From Myxococcota bacterium (GTDB taxonomy: Bacteria; Myxococcota_A; UBA9160; UBA6930): 64,000 nucleotides of DNA. Below the pieces are notes generated by a model. It was not told the origin of the DNA. It saw only the letters and a program-made list of their open reading frames with translations, and did not search any database. Where the stretch lies: contig OZ245002.1 in NCBI GenBank assembly GCA_965223415.1, positions 192,001 to 256,000 on the forward strand, in the 5' to 3' direction. Each line of letters opens with the position of its first letter. The stretch's first letter is position 1. Made by a program: the position numbers and the translations under genes. This document shows positions 28,785-38,846 of this stretch, piece after piece.

Positions 28785-29854
28785 CCCGCGGGCGTTGGTG
28801 CCGGTTCGTCATCCAGAGCTGCAGTGCGCCCTCGGCCGTCGAGCCCCTTGATGGCCTGACCGCTCCAGGCAATGTGGTCGCGACCCGAGCGGCCGGATGG
28901 CAGCACGATCGATCCGAACTGGAAGTAGTGCGCGTTCCAGCCGTCCTTCTCCGCACGGTAGGCACGCTTCCAGCGGGCCCCATCCCTGGAGACCCACAGC
29001 TCACACCAGCTCGAGCGGTTCACCGACGACGGCTCCACGCTGGTCGAGATGGCATAGACGTCGCCGAAACGGCAGCCGTAGATGCAGCTCCCGGGGAGCT
29101 CCTGATGGCGTTCGAGCCGACCCGTCTCCTTGTCGAGGCTGAGCACGGCGTTGGGTTCCACTTCGGTGTCGGTCCCATAGACGAGCCGATCCCCGAAGTC
29201 GAAGACCTCGACGACGCGAAAGCTCTGCTGCCCCGTCACCAACCACTCGAAGCGCTCGAAGTCCGCCGAGAGCATTCCGATGCCGGCTTGGGGACCGTGA
29301 TCACCAGCCAGCACCCAGTAGTGCCCGCGCCCTTCGTCGAACACCACGTTGTGCACGTGCCCGACACGACCCGGCGCGAACTCGTGCACCACCTCGAAGT
29401 GGGCGCCGGCGTCGTCGGAGCCGAAGATCCGGATCGGGCGGCCCGGTTGGATCACGCCCAGGTATTCGCCCCACACGACGTCGCCGCCGCGCCCGACCTG
29501 GATGCGCATCGGCGGGGCGGCCTCGAGGGAGCCGGCATCCACCTCGGAAGCCCGCATGGCGGGCTCTCCGGGTCGACCGTGGTACACACCCTGGCGACTG
29601 GCGGCGACGAGCCCGCCGTCGGGAGCACGGTTCATGGCGCGGATCTCGTGGCGCAGGAGCCGCGAGGCCAGGCGGGAGAGGCGCGCCGCGCGCCGGATGC
29701 CGCGCGTCGGGATCTCCGCGATTCGCTCCCAGGTCGCCCCGTCGTCGAGGGAGCGGTGGATGACGGTGTGCCGCCCCACGTAGAGACTCCCGTCGGGCTG
29801 GGCGAGGACCACCCGGCCCGGGAACTGGTTCAGGATCTGAAGCGGCTGGTCCAT
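28754..29854 (-). CDS. Hypothetical beta-propeller protein with BNR/Asp-box repeats (sialidase-like fold)
   Basis: SLDDGATW, SDDAGAHF and SRDGARW Asp-boxes, plus WGEY, HVH and YGTD. Convergent 31-bp overlap with the methyltransferase. Confidence 0.65.
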   Translation of the reverse strand: MDQPLQILNQFPGRVVLAQPDGSLYVGRHTVIHRSLDDGATWERIAEIPTRGIRRAARLSRLASRLLRHEIRAMNRAPDGGLVAASRQGVYHGRPGEPAMRASEVDAGSLEAAPPMRIQVGRGGDVVWGEYLGVIQPGRPIRIFGSDDAGAHFEVVHEFAPGRVGHVHNVVFDEGRGHYWVLAGDHGPQAGIGMLSADFERFEWLVTGQQSFRVVEVFDFGDRLVYGTDTEVEPNAVLSLDKETGRLERHQELPGSCIYGCRFGDVYAISTSVEPSSVNRSSWCELWVSRDGARWKRAYRAEKDGWNAHYFQFGSIVLPSGRSGRDHIAWSGQAIKGLDGRGRTAALDDEPAPTPAGQAAGRRPNA

Positions 29855-30077
29855 GGACTCCGGCGTGGCGGGCGAAATCTAGCAGCACTGGAGCTCCTGG
29901 CGCCCTCGTCCACGGTGCCGGTCACGGCGCGTGCTGCGTCCGTGCGATAACCTGATTGGTTCGCGAGATTCCGATGCGGCGGGCCGCAGGGGCTCCGCCG
30001 GTGCCCGCGAACCGGATTCCGATTGGCGTCTGGGAGACGAGGCGGAAGTGGGATCGACGGCCGAGACATCCGAGGAT

Positions 30078-32063
30078 ATGGCCTTGGAGCAGGCGGGTGG
30101 TCGGGTCGATGCCCCGGAAGGCGCGGCCGAGAACGAGATCACCGTGGCGGCCGGCCGCGGGGAGATCCAGGCCCCGGCGCCGCCGGCGCTCCCCGGCACG
30201 GTGCTGATCCAGCGGGTCCACGCCTACCGTCCCTGGGGACTCACGATTCGCCGTCGCGGCGCCGGCGATTCCTGGCTGCGCCGACTACGGCGCCGCTATC
30301 CCACCGGCGTCCGCAAGGTCTTCAACTACGTCGGTGAAGAGGGCGCCCTCCAGACACTGGAGAAGATCCGCTCCCGATCGACCTTGGAGCGCTTCAACAC
30401 GGCCTACGGCTACTTCTCGTTCTCGGGCCTCGTCCGCGAGAACCACTCCGCGGCTGCACTCGAGCCGGGACAGCCCGTCGTAGCGTGGGGCTACCACGGG
30501 CCGAGCGACGCGGACTTCCTGATCGCGCGACCGGAACAGGTGCTGCCGACACCGTTTACCCACCCGACCCTCGCCGTCGCGCCCTACATGGGCATCATCC
30601 TGGAGTTCCTCGAGCTCCACCCCCTGTTCGCGAGCGTGCGGGCCGCGGGCATGGAGGCGGCGATCGGGGCGCTACTCCCGGAAGTGCTGAAGCCGCGGCT
30701 CGTGCCGAACGGCGGGCGCCTGGTCGTGCTGCTCGGGGATAGCGGCGAGGCCATCGAGGGCGAGACGACGCTCCGCATCGCGGCGGATCGGAGAGGCCCC
30801 GAGGTGCTCCGCCACGAGGAAGGTGAGTGGCGCTGCTCGCTGCCGGATCCCGCCCACTACTTCATCGATCCCTACGGGCCCGTCGAGCTCGAGCATCCAG
30901 TACCGTTCTCCGGGTCTGGCGTCGCGAAGGTCCTCGAGCAGCTCGTGCCGCTCCTGCGCAGCGATCGCCCGGCTCCCCTGTTGCGAGGTTTGCCCCCTCG
31001 AACCGCGCCCCTCCGCCCGCGCAGCCGCCGGGCCTCCGTCGGTGTGTCGTGCCTGGGCGCCGGGAACTTCACGCGAGTCGTGCTGGTCCACATGCTGCGG
31101 CAGCGGCTCGACATGAACGTCCGGGGGGTGATGGACATCCGGCCGGAGATCGCCGCCGTCCAGGCGGACGCGATGGATGCCGACTACTGCACCACCGATT
31201 CGGAAGCCGTGTTTCGGGACGGGGACACGAACCTGGTCCTGATCGCGTCGGATCACGCCAGCCACACGGACTATGCTATCCGGGCCATCGAGGCCGGGAA
31301 GATGCTGCACATCGAGAAGCCGCCCGCCGTGAGCTGGGAGCAGTTCGAGCGACTGCTGGAGGCCATCCGGACCCACCGGCCGCCGATGATCCACGTCGGA
31401 TACAACCGGCCCTTCGCGCCCGCCTTCCAGGTGCTCCACGACCGCCTACAGGCCTACGAGGGGCCGACCTTCATCTCCTTCATCATCAAGGGCCACTACC
31501 TGAGCCGCGCGCACTGGTACAACTGGCCGAATCAGGGAACGCGCATCGCCGGCAACTTCGTTCATTGGATCGACCTGGGCTACCGGCTGACTGGCTGTCG
31601 CCGCCCGCTCTGGGTCGACGTCACGACCGCGTCGCGCGAGGCCGCGACCAACTGGGACGCCACCGTCATGAACATCGGCTTCGACGACGGGTCTCTGTGC
31701 ACGCTGTCGTTCAGCGCCGCCGGCGACGAGACCTTCGGCATCCAGGAGTACACCGACGTCAAGCGACAGGGCCTCTCCGCGACCATCGACAACTTCAGCT
31801 CCATGGAAATGGTGGTGGACGGCAGGCGGATGCGGCGGCGATTCGGGCGCGACAAGGGACACAAGGGCGAGATGGATGCGCTCGCCTCCTTCGTCTCCGC
31901 CGGGAAGGGGGATCCCGCGGTCCTCCGGGACATGATCGTCACAACCGCGATCCAGCTCGCCGGGCAGGACTCCCTGGGTCGTGGCGGCGGGCGCGTTCCC
32001 GTGGACCTGGAGAGGGTGGAGCACTTCCTGAATGGCGACCTGGGCGGGTGGGACCCCGCCTAG
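30078..32063 (+). CDS. Gfo/Idh/MocA oxidoreductase with a degenerate N-terminal MDR-like region
   Basis: C-half GAGNF, IEKP, GYNRPFAP, HWID, DKGH. The N-half resembles the 20820 protein. Start uncertain (ATG 30078 after GAGGA). Confidence 0.7.
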   Translation: MALEQAGGRVDAPEGAAENEITVAAGRGEIQAPAPPALPGTVLIQRVHAYRPWGLTIRRRGAGDSWLRRLRRRYPTGVRKVFNYVGEEGALQTLEKIRSRSTLERFNTAYGYFSFSGLVRENHSAAALEPGQPVVAWGYHGPSDADFLIARPEQVLPTPFTHPTLAVAPYMGIILEFLELHPLFASVRAAGMEAAIGALLPEVLKPRLVPNGGRLVVLLGDSGEAIEGETTLRIAADRRGPEVLRHEEGEWRCSLPDPAHYFIDPYGPVELEHPVPFSGSGVAKVLEQLVPLLRSDRPAPLLRGLPPRTAPLRPRSRRASVGVSCLGAGNFTRVVLVHMLRQRLDMNVRGVMDIRPEIAAVQADAMDADYCTTDSEAVFRDGDTNLVLIASDHASHTDYAIRAIEAGKMLHIEKPPAVSWEQFERLLEAIRTHRPPMIHVGYNRPFAPAFQVLHDRLQAYEGPTFISFIIKGHYLSRAHWYNWPNQGTRIAGNFVHWIDLGYRLTGCRRPLWVDVTTASREAATNWDATVMNIGFDDGSLCTLSFSAAGDETFGIQEYTDVKRQGLSATIDNFSSMEMVVDGRRMRRRFGRDKGHKGEMDALASFVSAGKGDPAVLRDMIVTTAIQLAGQDSLGRGGGRVPVDLERVEHFLNGDLGGWDPA

Positions 32064-32067
32064 CCCC

Positions 32068-33278
32068 ATGCCCCGCCACCGCGTCCTGATCTTCACGGAC
32101 CGCTATCCCCCGTACGACCAGGGCGGAGCCGAGCGGATCGCCTTCCTCCACGCGAGCGGATTGCGGGAGCGAGGCTACGAGGTGGAGATCGTGAGTTGCA
32201 TGGAACCATCGGCCGGCGCGCAGCCGCGAACGGACACGCTTCCGGACGGAACCCGTGTGCACCGCATCTTCCCGCTCCATCCCTTCTCGGAAGACGACAC
32301 GCCGGGCTTCGCCGACAAGCTGCTGGCCACCGCTCTCCAGCTCCGCCACCCCGCCATGGGACGAAAGGCACTGGACATCGTCGACGCGTTCCGGCCGGAC
32401 GTCCTCCACGCCCACCACATCCAACGCTTCTCGATCGGGGCGTTCTGTCGCCTCGCGCCGGAGATCCCCCGGGTCCTCACCTTCCACATCTACGGCTTCG
32501 AATGCCCGCGCGGCGGCCTCTACCGGACCTCGCGCGGCCGGATCTGCGAGGAGAAGCCCCTCCCCTGCCGGATCTACACCGCCGGCATGCGCCGGGAGCT
32601 CGCGCGGGCGGACCGCATCATCGCCATCTCCCGCTTCATCGAGCAGCGCCTGCTCGACGCCGGTCACGCCCGGGAGAGGCTCGTGTACGTACCGAACGGC
32701 GTGCCCGGCCTGGAGGACCGCGAGGCGCTTCCCCTGCCGCCGGACAAGCAGGTGCTCTTCGCCGGGCGCATCGTGCACAACAAGGGCCTGCGCCAGCTCC
32801 TGCAGGCGTTCGCGAAGATCGCGGATCCGGAAGCCGGTCTCGCCGTGCTGGGCGACGGGCCGGAGCGCGGCGAGCTCGAGGCGGCCTTTGGTGGGGATCC
32901 ACGTGTTCGCTTCCTCGGCTGGATGCCACCGGACGAGGTGGCGGCGCAGTACCGTGCGAGTCGCCTGGTGGTCGTGCCCTCCGTGTGCACGAGGTGATGA
33001 ACACCGTGATCTGCGAGGCCCAGTCCTGGGGCCGTCCCGTCGTCGCCACGCGGGTCGGCGGCAACGGCGACATGATCCGCGACGGCCACAGCGGCCTGCT
33101 GTGCGAGCCCGGTGACGTGGAGGCACTGCGCGACCGGATCGAACGGCTGCTGGCCGACGACGCGTTGTGCGAGGCCCTTGGGCGGCGCGGATTCGAGTCG
33201 CTCCGGCAGTTCACCCTCGAGCGGCACCTCGATTCGATCCAGGCACTCTACGACGAGATCGCCCCGCTGGCGGCCTAA
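32068..33278 (+). pseudogene. GT4 glycosyltransferase with a single-base frameshift at ~32987 (pseudogene or sequencing error)
   Basis: First frame: YPP..GGAE...FAGRIVHNKG...VVPSV. It continues in another frame as HEVMNTVICEAQSWGRPVVATRVGG. Adding one base (GTG TG[G] CAC) gives a 403-aa GT4. Confidence 0.8.
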
Positions 33279-36200
33279 CGAGGACTGCTTCGCCAGGCCA
33301 GCACCCGCCCGTCCCCCTCGATCAGCGGGACAACCACCTGGGTGTCGCTACCGACCCGTTCCGTGCGCAGCGGCAGCCCGAGAGCGACATCGACCACCGG
33401 TGCCGCGGTCCCGCGGATCGTCAGGGCGACGTCGCGGCGCTCGGCGCTGAAGTTCTGGAGCACGGCGTAGTGCCAGCCGTCTGCGCCGAGCCACACGGCG
33501 ATCCGGTCCTGGGGAGTGGCCCCCCAGGCGGCTCGACGCACTCCGGCTCGCTCGAGGATCTCTTCGAAGAAGGCGAGGCTAGCGTCGGTGGCGGGGAGGC
33601 TTCCGGCAGCGACCCGGCGGTCGAGGGGCGGAGCGAAGCCGAGGGCGGTCACGAGGCCCCGACCGACCGGCACGGCCCGGGCCACGGGCCGCCCCTCGGT
33701 GTCCTTGGCGAGCGCCTCTCCCGGGCCGTCGATCCGCAGGCGGACCTGCCCCCCGTTGTGGGGCGCGTGAAGGCGGGGGGCCGGCAGTCGCCCGCCGCGC
33801 CAGCGAATCGGCGCATCGGGCGCGGCTCCGGCGCGCAGACCGATCGGCGCCAGGAGCCCGTCCACGAGCGCCGCGTACTCGTCGTAGAGGCCGGCGCGGC
33901 CGACGATGAGCAGGTGCCCGCCGCGCTCGACCCAGGCCAGGAGGCCTGCCATCACCTCGTGCTCGAGATAGGGCGCTTGGGGCACGATGATCAGGCGCAG
34001 GTGGTCGATGGCACCGCGCTTCACCTTCTGGCGCGGCACTGTTTCGAAGGCAACGTGGATCGCGTCGAGCCACCCGTTCCAGAGGTTCGCCAAGAGGAAG
34101 GCATTCACGAAGGAATCGTCGCCGAGCCGCAGGACCGCCGGGACACCGCGTCCCTGGCTCTTGGTGGCGAAGGACCAGTACAGACCGACCTGGGCCGACT
34201 CGTGGGGCGGCGTCGCCCCAGCGAAGCCCTCCCACGCCGGCTTCCCACGGTTGAGGGCGGCGACTTCCGCGCCCGGGAGCCGGACGAATCCGTCGACCTC
34301 GCCGAAGAGCCCGGAACCTCGCTCGCCGGTCCGGCCCGAGCCGAGCAGCCCCCAGTGGTGCTCCTCCTGCTCGACGACGCCCCGCGCCCACGTGTAGAGG
34401 GTGTAGAACCGAGCGCGCCACTGGTGCCCGCGTTCGCTCTTCGGCGTCCAGCCGTAGCCGGCGCGCGTGGCCTTCAGCTCGTTGTTTTCGCCGCGCTGGC
34501 CGCGGCGCGCGGCCAAGCCGGGGTTGTACCACGGCAGCGAGGTCGGCCAGTTGTGGCTCGACACCCGGTCGAGCACCCCGCTGAGCGCGAAGAAGTCGAC
34601 GCCCGAGAGGGGGCCCTGCTGGTTCAGGCTCCCGACGATCGCGTGGCGGTCGTCTGCAGCGCGGTAGGCGTCGGCTACGCGAGCGACGTAGCCGGTGACG
34701 GCCTCGGCACGAAAGTCGACGAAGTCGAACCAGTTGGCCCGTTCGCCCCGGTTCGATGGGAAGCGCACGGGCGAATGGATGGTGTCGAAGCCCGTGTGCC
34801 GCGTGCCCCAACGCCGATTCAGCACGTCGATGCTTCCGTGCCGCCGCTTCAGGAAGGCCCGGTAGGGGGATTGGATATGCGGACCGTGGGCGTCTTCCTG
34901 GCGCAGCACCCGCTCGATGGTGACGACCCGCGAGTTGATCCAGGGCTCCTCCGCGTGTTCCTCGGCCTTCTGCGCCAGCCAGGCGTCGTACTCCGGTGAC
35001 ACATAGACGGGATCGAACACCGGAACCTGCCGGCTCGACGTGCGCGAGCGCCCCGTCGCCAGGTCGACGGCCGTGTGCGTTCGAGTACGCGCCCATGGTG
35101 CCTCCTTCACCGGAGGAAGCGACTTCATGAACTCGTAGAGACTCACTCGGGGGCCGCCGCGGGCGGCCAGCACCTGAGCATCGAAGGCCCAGTCCGTGTA
35201 GCTCTCCATTCCGGCGCGCTGCATCGCGTCGAGGAGCGGCCCGTCGCGGAAACCCCAGCGCACGGGGGTCGAGGCGAAGCCATAGACCAGCTCGGCGCCA
35301 GGAAGCGGCGCCCGGGCTCGAGGCGCCGCAGCGCGGGCATCGCGGACGCCGGCGGCGAGGCGGTCGGCGAGGGACGTGAGCACTCGGGCTCTCTTCTCGG
35401 CCCGGGCCGCGAGCTCCGGGTAGCGGCGCCAGGCGGCATCGGGGGGGCCGGCGCGGGCCTCATGATAGGCGTCGAGGATCGCGAGCGCGGCGGGCAGGTT
35501 GCGTGCGAGCTCGGCCTCGAGCGCCGCGGCCGTCGGCGCCTCCGCGTGCCGCGCCAACAGCGCGAGATCGCGCCATGCGTACTCGGCCCGCACGAGGTCC
35601 GTCCGGAGCGACTCGAGGGCCTCCTTCAGGCGGCTGAGCTGGGCGTAGTCGTCGGCGCCCCGCTCCTCCGGAAACGGCGCTGACATCTGTCGCACCAGCC
35701 CGGCGAGGACGGTGGCGGCGCCGCGGCCTTCGAGCAGGGTGTGGCCGCGGCGATCCGGATGGGTCACGTCCACGAAGCCGGTGGTGGCGCCATCGAAGAC
35801 TCGGCAGTGGTGGCGCACCAGCACAGCCTGCTGCGCGAGAAGCTTGCCGTCGTCGGTGAAGAAGCCGAAGGGCACGCGCCGCAGGTCCTCCCGGTAGGCC
35901 CGGTTTCCCGTGGTGTCGCGGGAGTAGCGATGGACCCAGGCCTGGATCGAGCGGGTTCCGCCGCCGGCGACCCCGACGCGGCGGGGCAGGTCGGCGATCG
36001 CCGGCAGCCGCGGCTCGGCAGCCCGCAGCTCGACGCGTCCCCGCTTCGGGAGCCCCGGGAGCTCCCCGGTCTCGAAGTAGAGGTGAAGGTCCGGCCCCAG
36101 GCCCGGGACGAACTTCTCGGCCCCGTTGTGCCCGGTGCGCAGCGGCACGCCTTCGAACAGGAGGTCCAACCCTTCCGCGTGGCGGGGCGGAAGCAGCCGC

Positions 36201-36475
36201 CAGTAGGACACGGGGAGATCGCGGGAGCGGGGAACGACCAGGAGATCCAGGGCTTCGAGGCCGCCGCCGGCTGCCCGGGCCTCGTCGACGACCGTGGCCG
36301 GGAGGCCCTCCCCGTGGAGCCAAACGCGAAGCGTCTCCGCCCGCTCCTCCGCACCGTCGAAGCTCGCGACTGCGATCCGGAGGCTCGCCGTGTCCTCGAT
36401 GCCCGCGCTCACCCGCGGCGCACAGGCCAGGAGGACGAGGAGGAGAACGCCGGCCTGGGGAGCCGCCCGGCGCAT
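33275..36475 (-). CDS. Large secreted GH42/beta-galactosidase-like protein (1066 aa)
   Basis: Signal peptide MRRAAPQAGVLLLVLLACA. GH42-type AFLKRRHGSIDVLNRRWGT...F..I..P and WFDFVDFR. C-terminal trimerisation-like domain (LIIVPQ..WVERGGHLL). ATG overlaps the upstream GT stop. Confidence 0.65.
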   Translation of the reverse strand: MRRAAPQAGVLLLVLLACAPRVSAGIEDTASLRIAVASFDGAEERAETLRVWLHGEGLPATVVDEARAAGGGLEALDLLVVPRSRDLPVSYWRLLPPRHAEGLDLLFEGVPLRTGHNGAEKFVPGLGPDLHLYFETGELPGLPKRGRVELRAAEPRLPAIADLPRRVGVAGGGTRSIQAWVHRYSRDTTGNRAYREDLRRVPFGFFTDDGKLLAQQAVLVRHHCRVFDGATTGFVDVTHPDRRGHTLLEGRGAATVLAGLVRQMSAPFPEERGADDYAQLSRLKEALESLRTDLVRAEYAWRDLALLARHAEAPTAAALEAELARNLPAALAILDAYHEARAGPPDAAWRRYPELAARAEKRARVLTSLADRLAAGVRDARAAAPRARAPLPGAELVYGFASTPVRWGFRDGPLLDAMQRAGMESYTDWAFDAQVLAARGGPRVSLYEFMKSLPPVKEAPWARTRTHTAVDLATGRSRTSSRQVPVFDPVYVSPEYDAWLAQKAEEHAEEPWINSRVVTIERVLRQEDAHGPHIQSPYRAFLKRRHGSIDVLNRRWGTRHTGFDTIHSPVRFPSNRGERANWFDFVDFRAEAVTGYVARVADAYRAADDRHAIVGSLNQQGPLSGVDFFALSGVLDRVSSHNWPTSLPWYNPGLAARRGQRGENNELKATRAGYGWTPKSERGHQWRARFYTLYTWARGVVEQEEHHWGLLGSGRTGERGSGLFGEVDGFVRLPGAEVAALNRGKPAWEGFAGATPPHESAQVGLYWSFATKSQGRGVPAVLRLGDDSFVNAFLLANLWNGWLDAIHVAFETVPRQKVKRGAIDHLRLIIVPQAPYLEHEVMAGLLAWVERGGHLLIVGRAGLYDEYAALVDGLLAPIGLRAGAAPDAPIRWRGGRLPAPRLHAPHNGGQVRLRIDGPGEALAKDTEGRPVARAVPVGRGLVTALGFAPPLDRRVAAGSLPATDASLAFFEEILERAGVRRAAWGATPQDRIAVWLGADGWHYAVLQNFSAERRDVALTIRGTAAPVVDVALGLPLRTERVGSDTQVVVPLIEGDGRVLAWRSSPR

Positions 36476-37554
36476 CAGGCGGGTAGCAAGAGGTCCAGGT
36501 ACCTCTGGGCGGCGGCGGCTGGCCGCGTCCGGGCCAACAGCTCCTCGGCCCCCTCGAGGGAAGGCGGCGCCGGAGGATCGGCAAGGAAGGCCAGGATCGC
36601 TTGGCGGATCTCCTTGGGGCCGTGAGGCGACGGGACGTAGCTGGCCGCGTCGCCCAGGATCTCGCGGGCCACGGCGATGTCCGATGCCACCATCGGCTTG
36701 CGCACCAGCTTCGATTCGACGTACGGCATCCCGAAGCCCTCGTAGATCGAAGGCATCACCACGGCGGAGCAGCGGCGGAACAATTCGTCGCGGAGGCTTG
36801 CGTCCACGTAGCCGAGCACGTGGATGTTCGCACCGCGGCCGGGGAACAGGTCCTCGGTGAACGCCCCGATGAAGACGAAGTCCGGCAGGTCGACGCCCTC
36901 GGTCTCGAGCTCGCGCAAGGCGGCGACCAGGTTCGGAATGTTCTTGTGGGGCTTCATGGACGAGGGCACCAGAAGGAAGGGTTCCCGGAACGGGAGATCG
37001 TCCGTGGCTGCGTTCCTCTCCCCAGCGGCCACCTCGCGGATGACCGTCGGCGGATAGATCACCTCGACGTGGTCGCGCCCGTAGTACTGGCAGATCTCGT
37101 CGGCCATCGCGTGGGACAAGGTCACCAACACCTTCGACCGCTTGGCCGCGTACGCGATGTTCGTCCGGTGGTGGAGCAGGATGTACCAAGGCCAGAGCTC
37201 GGGATGCTTGGTGAACTGGATGTCGTTCACGGTCGTGACTGAATGCCGGAACGTCACGAACGGGCGGACGTTGCCGGGGAACAGGAAGGCGTCGTAGGCG
37301 AGGCCCAGGAAGGGCACGACGGCCTGCTGCCACAGGATCCGCTGGATCCGATTGGCCAGGGACACGGGACGGATCGTGAAGGCCCCGGCAAAGCGGGTGA
37401 AGAAGTCCCCCTGATCGCGGCGCACGTAGAGGGAGATCGAGACGTTGCCGGGGCACACCTCGGAGAACCCCTCCAACAGGTTCTCCAGGAGGGCCTCGAA
37501 GCCTCCCACCTCCCCCCGGACGAGGTGCGTGCAGTCGATCGCGATCTTCTTCAC
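36475..37554 (-). CDS. GT4 glycosyltransferase (mannosyltransferase-like)
   Basis: RILWQQ, PHKNIPNL, LGYVD, PSIYEGFGMPYVE, ASDI. Confidence 0.88.
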   Translation of the reverse strand: MKKIAIDCTHLVRGEVGGFEALLENLLEGFSEVCPGNVSISLYVRRDQGDFFTRFAGAFTIRPVSLANRIQRILWQQAVVPFLGLAYDAFLFPGNVRPFVTFRHSVTTVNDIQFTKHPELWPWYILLHHRTNIAYAAKRSKVLVTLSHAMADEICQYYGRDHVEVIYPPTVIREVAAGERNAATDDLPFREPFLLVPSSMKPHKNIPNLVAALRELETEGVDLPDFVFIGAFTEDLFPGRGANIHVLGYVDASLRDELFRRCSAVVMPSIYEGFGMPYVESKLVRKPMVASDIAVAREILGDAASYVPSPHGPKEIRQAILAFLADPPAPPSLEGAEELLARTRPAAAAQRYLDLLLPA

Positions 37555-37723
37555 GGTTGGCGGAGTATCCTTCCACGCCGATCAGGCGCAAACGCGAGCT
37601 TCGACCGATACCGGTTCGGGCTTGATCAGCGGATCTCCCGGGTCTGCCCCGCGGGGACTGCGTCTCCGGGGCGGGAAGACCCAAAGAATGCATCGGGGTG
37701 GTCCGATACACTCCCGAACCGCC

Positions 37724-38836
37724 ATGGCTGCCACCCTCATCCTCTTCGTCGACGGCCTGCCCTTCGACCAGCTCGAGAACATGCCGTTCGCGCGGAGCCT
37801 CCCGGCCCAGGCCCGGCTGATTCCGGTGCTCGGCTACAGCGTGAACTGCCAGACCCAGCTCTTCACGGGCAAGAGCCCGGACGAGCTGGGCTTCTGGTGC
37901 GAGTACAGCCTGGACCCCGAGGGCTCGCCCTACCGGCCGCTCCGGCCCCTGCTGAAGGCCCTGGCCCCCCTCGAGCGCAGCTACCTGGTGAAACGGGTGA
38001 TCCACCGGCTCATGGACCGGTTCGGTCCGGGCGGGCATTCGAAGAACATCCCGCTCACCTACCTGCCGCTGTTCCACGAGACCGGGCACACCGTCTTCGC
38101 CCGCGAGTTCGACCAGCCGTCGCTCCTGGATCATCCGGATCTCACCTGCTTCCTCTACCGGGACTTCCGGAACGGGCCGGACATCGACCGCTCGATCCAC
38201 GAGGCGGCACTGCGTCACCTCGAGAACGGCTCCGGGAGCAGCGTGCTGTGCTCCTTCGTGCGACTCGACCACGTGTCGCACTGGAGCGGTGTCGGCTCGG
38301 AGCCCTACAACGAGATGCTCGCGGAGAACGACGAGTCGTTCCGACAGCTCACCGAGGCTTTTCTCGCCAAGCAGCCGGACGGAACCGTGCTCGTGGTCTC
38401 GGACCACGGCATGGCGAACATCCACTCCCACGTGACGATCGATCTCGAGAGCCGGTTCGGCCGGCCCTCCGCCGACGGCTACGCCTACTTCACGGAGGGC
38501 ACGCTGCTCCGAGTCTGGCTCCAGGACGCGAGCCTCCGCGAGCCGATGGTGGACTACCTCGCGGGCATCGACGGACTGGAGCCGATCTCCGACGAGGACC
38601 GGCGGCGAGACGGCATCACCCGCCCCGAGTTCGGCGACCTCATCTACCACACGCCGGAAGGGACGCAGATCGTTCCGAGCTTCTGGGGACCCAAGCCCTC
38701 GGCGGGAATGCACGGCCACCACCCGCGACACGCGGGCCAGCACGGGATCTGCCTGTCGAACAAGGAGCTGCTGCCGAAGGACCGCCTCTCGGCCAGTGAC
38801 TTCCACGCAATCGCGTCTGCGGCCCTGGATTCCTGA
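37724..38836 (+). CDS. Alkaline phosphatase superfamily protein (nucleotide pyrophosphatase/phosphodiesterase-like), no signal peptide
   Basis: LFVDG, GYS...LFTG, DHVSH, VSDHGM, GDLI, GMHGH metal-binding pattern. Confidence 0.75.
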   Translation: MAATLILFVDGLPFDQLENMPFARSLPAQARLIPVLGYSVNCQTQLFTGKSPDELGFWCEYSLDPEGSPYRPLRPLLKALAPLERSYLVKRVIHRLMDRFGPGGHSKNIPLTYLPLFHETGHTVFAREFDQPSLLDHPDLTCFLYRDFRNGPDIDRSIHEAALRHLENGSGSSVLCSFVRLDHVSHWSGVGSEPYNEMLAENDESFRQLTEAFLAKQPDGTVLVVSDHGMANIHSHVTIDLESRFGRPSADGYAYFTEGTLLRVWLQDASLREPMVDYLAGIDGLEPISDEDRRRDGITRPEFGDLIYHTPEGTQIVPSFWGPKPSAGMHGHHPRHAGQHGICLSNKELLPKDRLSASDFHAIASAALDS

Positions 38837-38846
38837 GGCCAGATGC

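Noticed and set aside
36476..38806. Apparent 1843-aa giant protein
   Set aside because: The real gene starts at ATG 36475 with a signal peptide. The extension overlaps the GT4 off-frame and the AlkP gene antisense.
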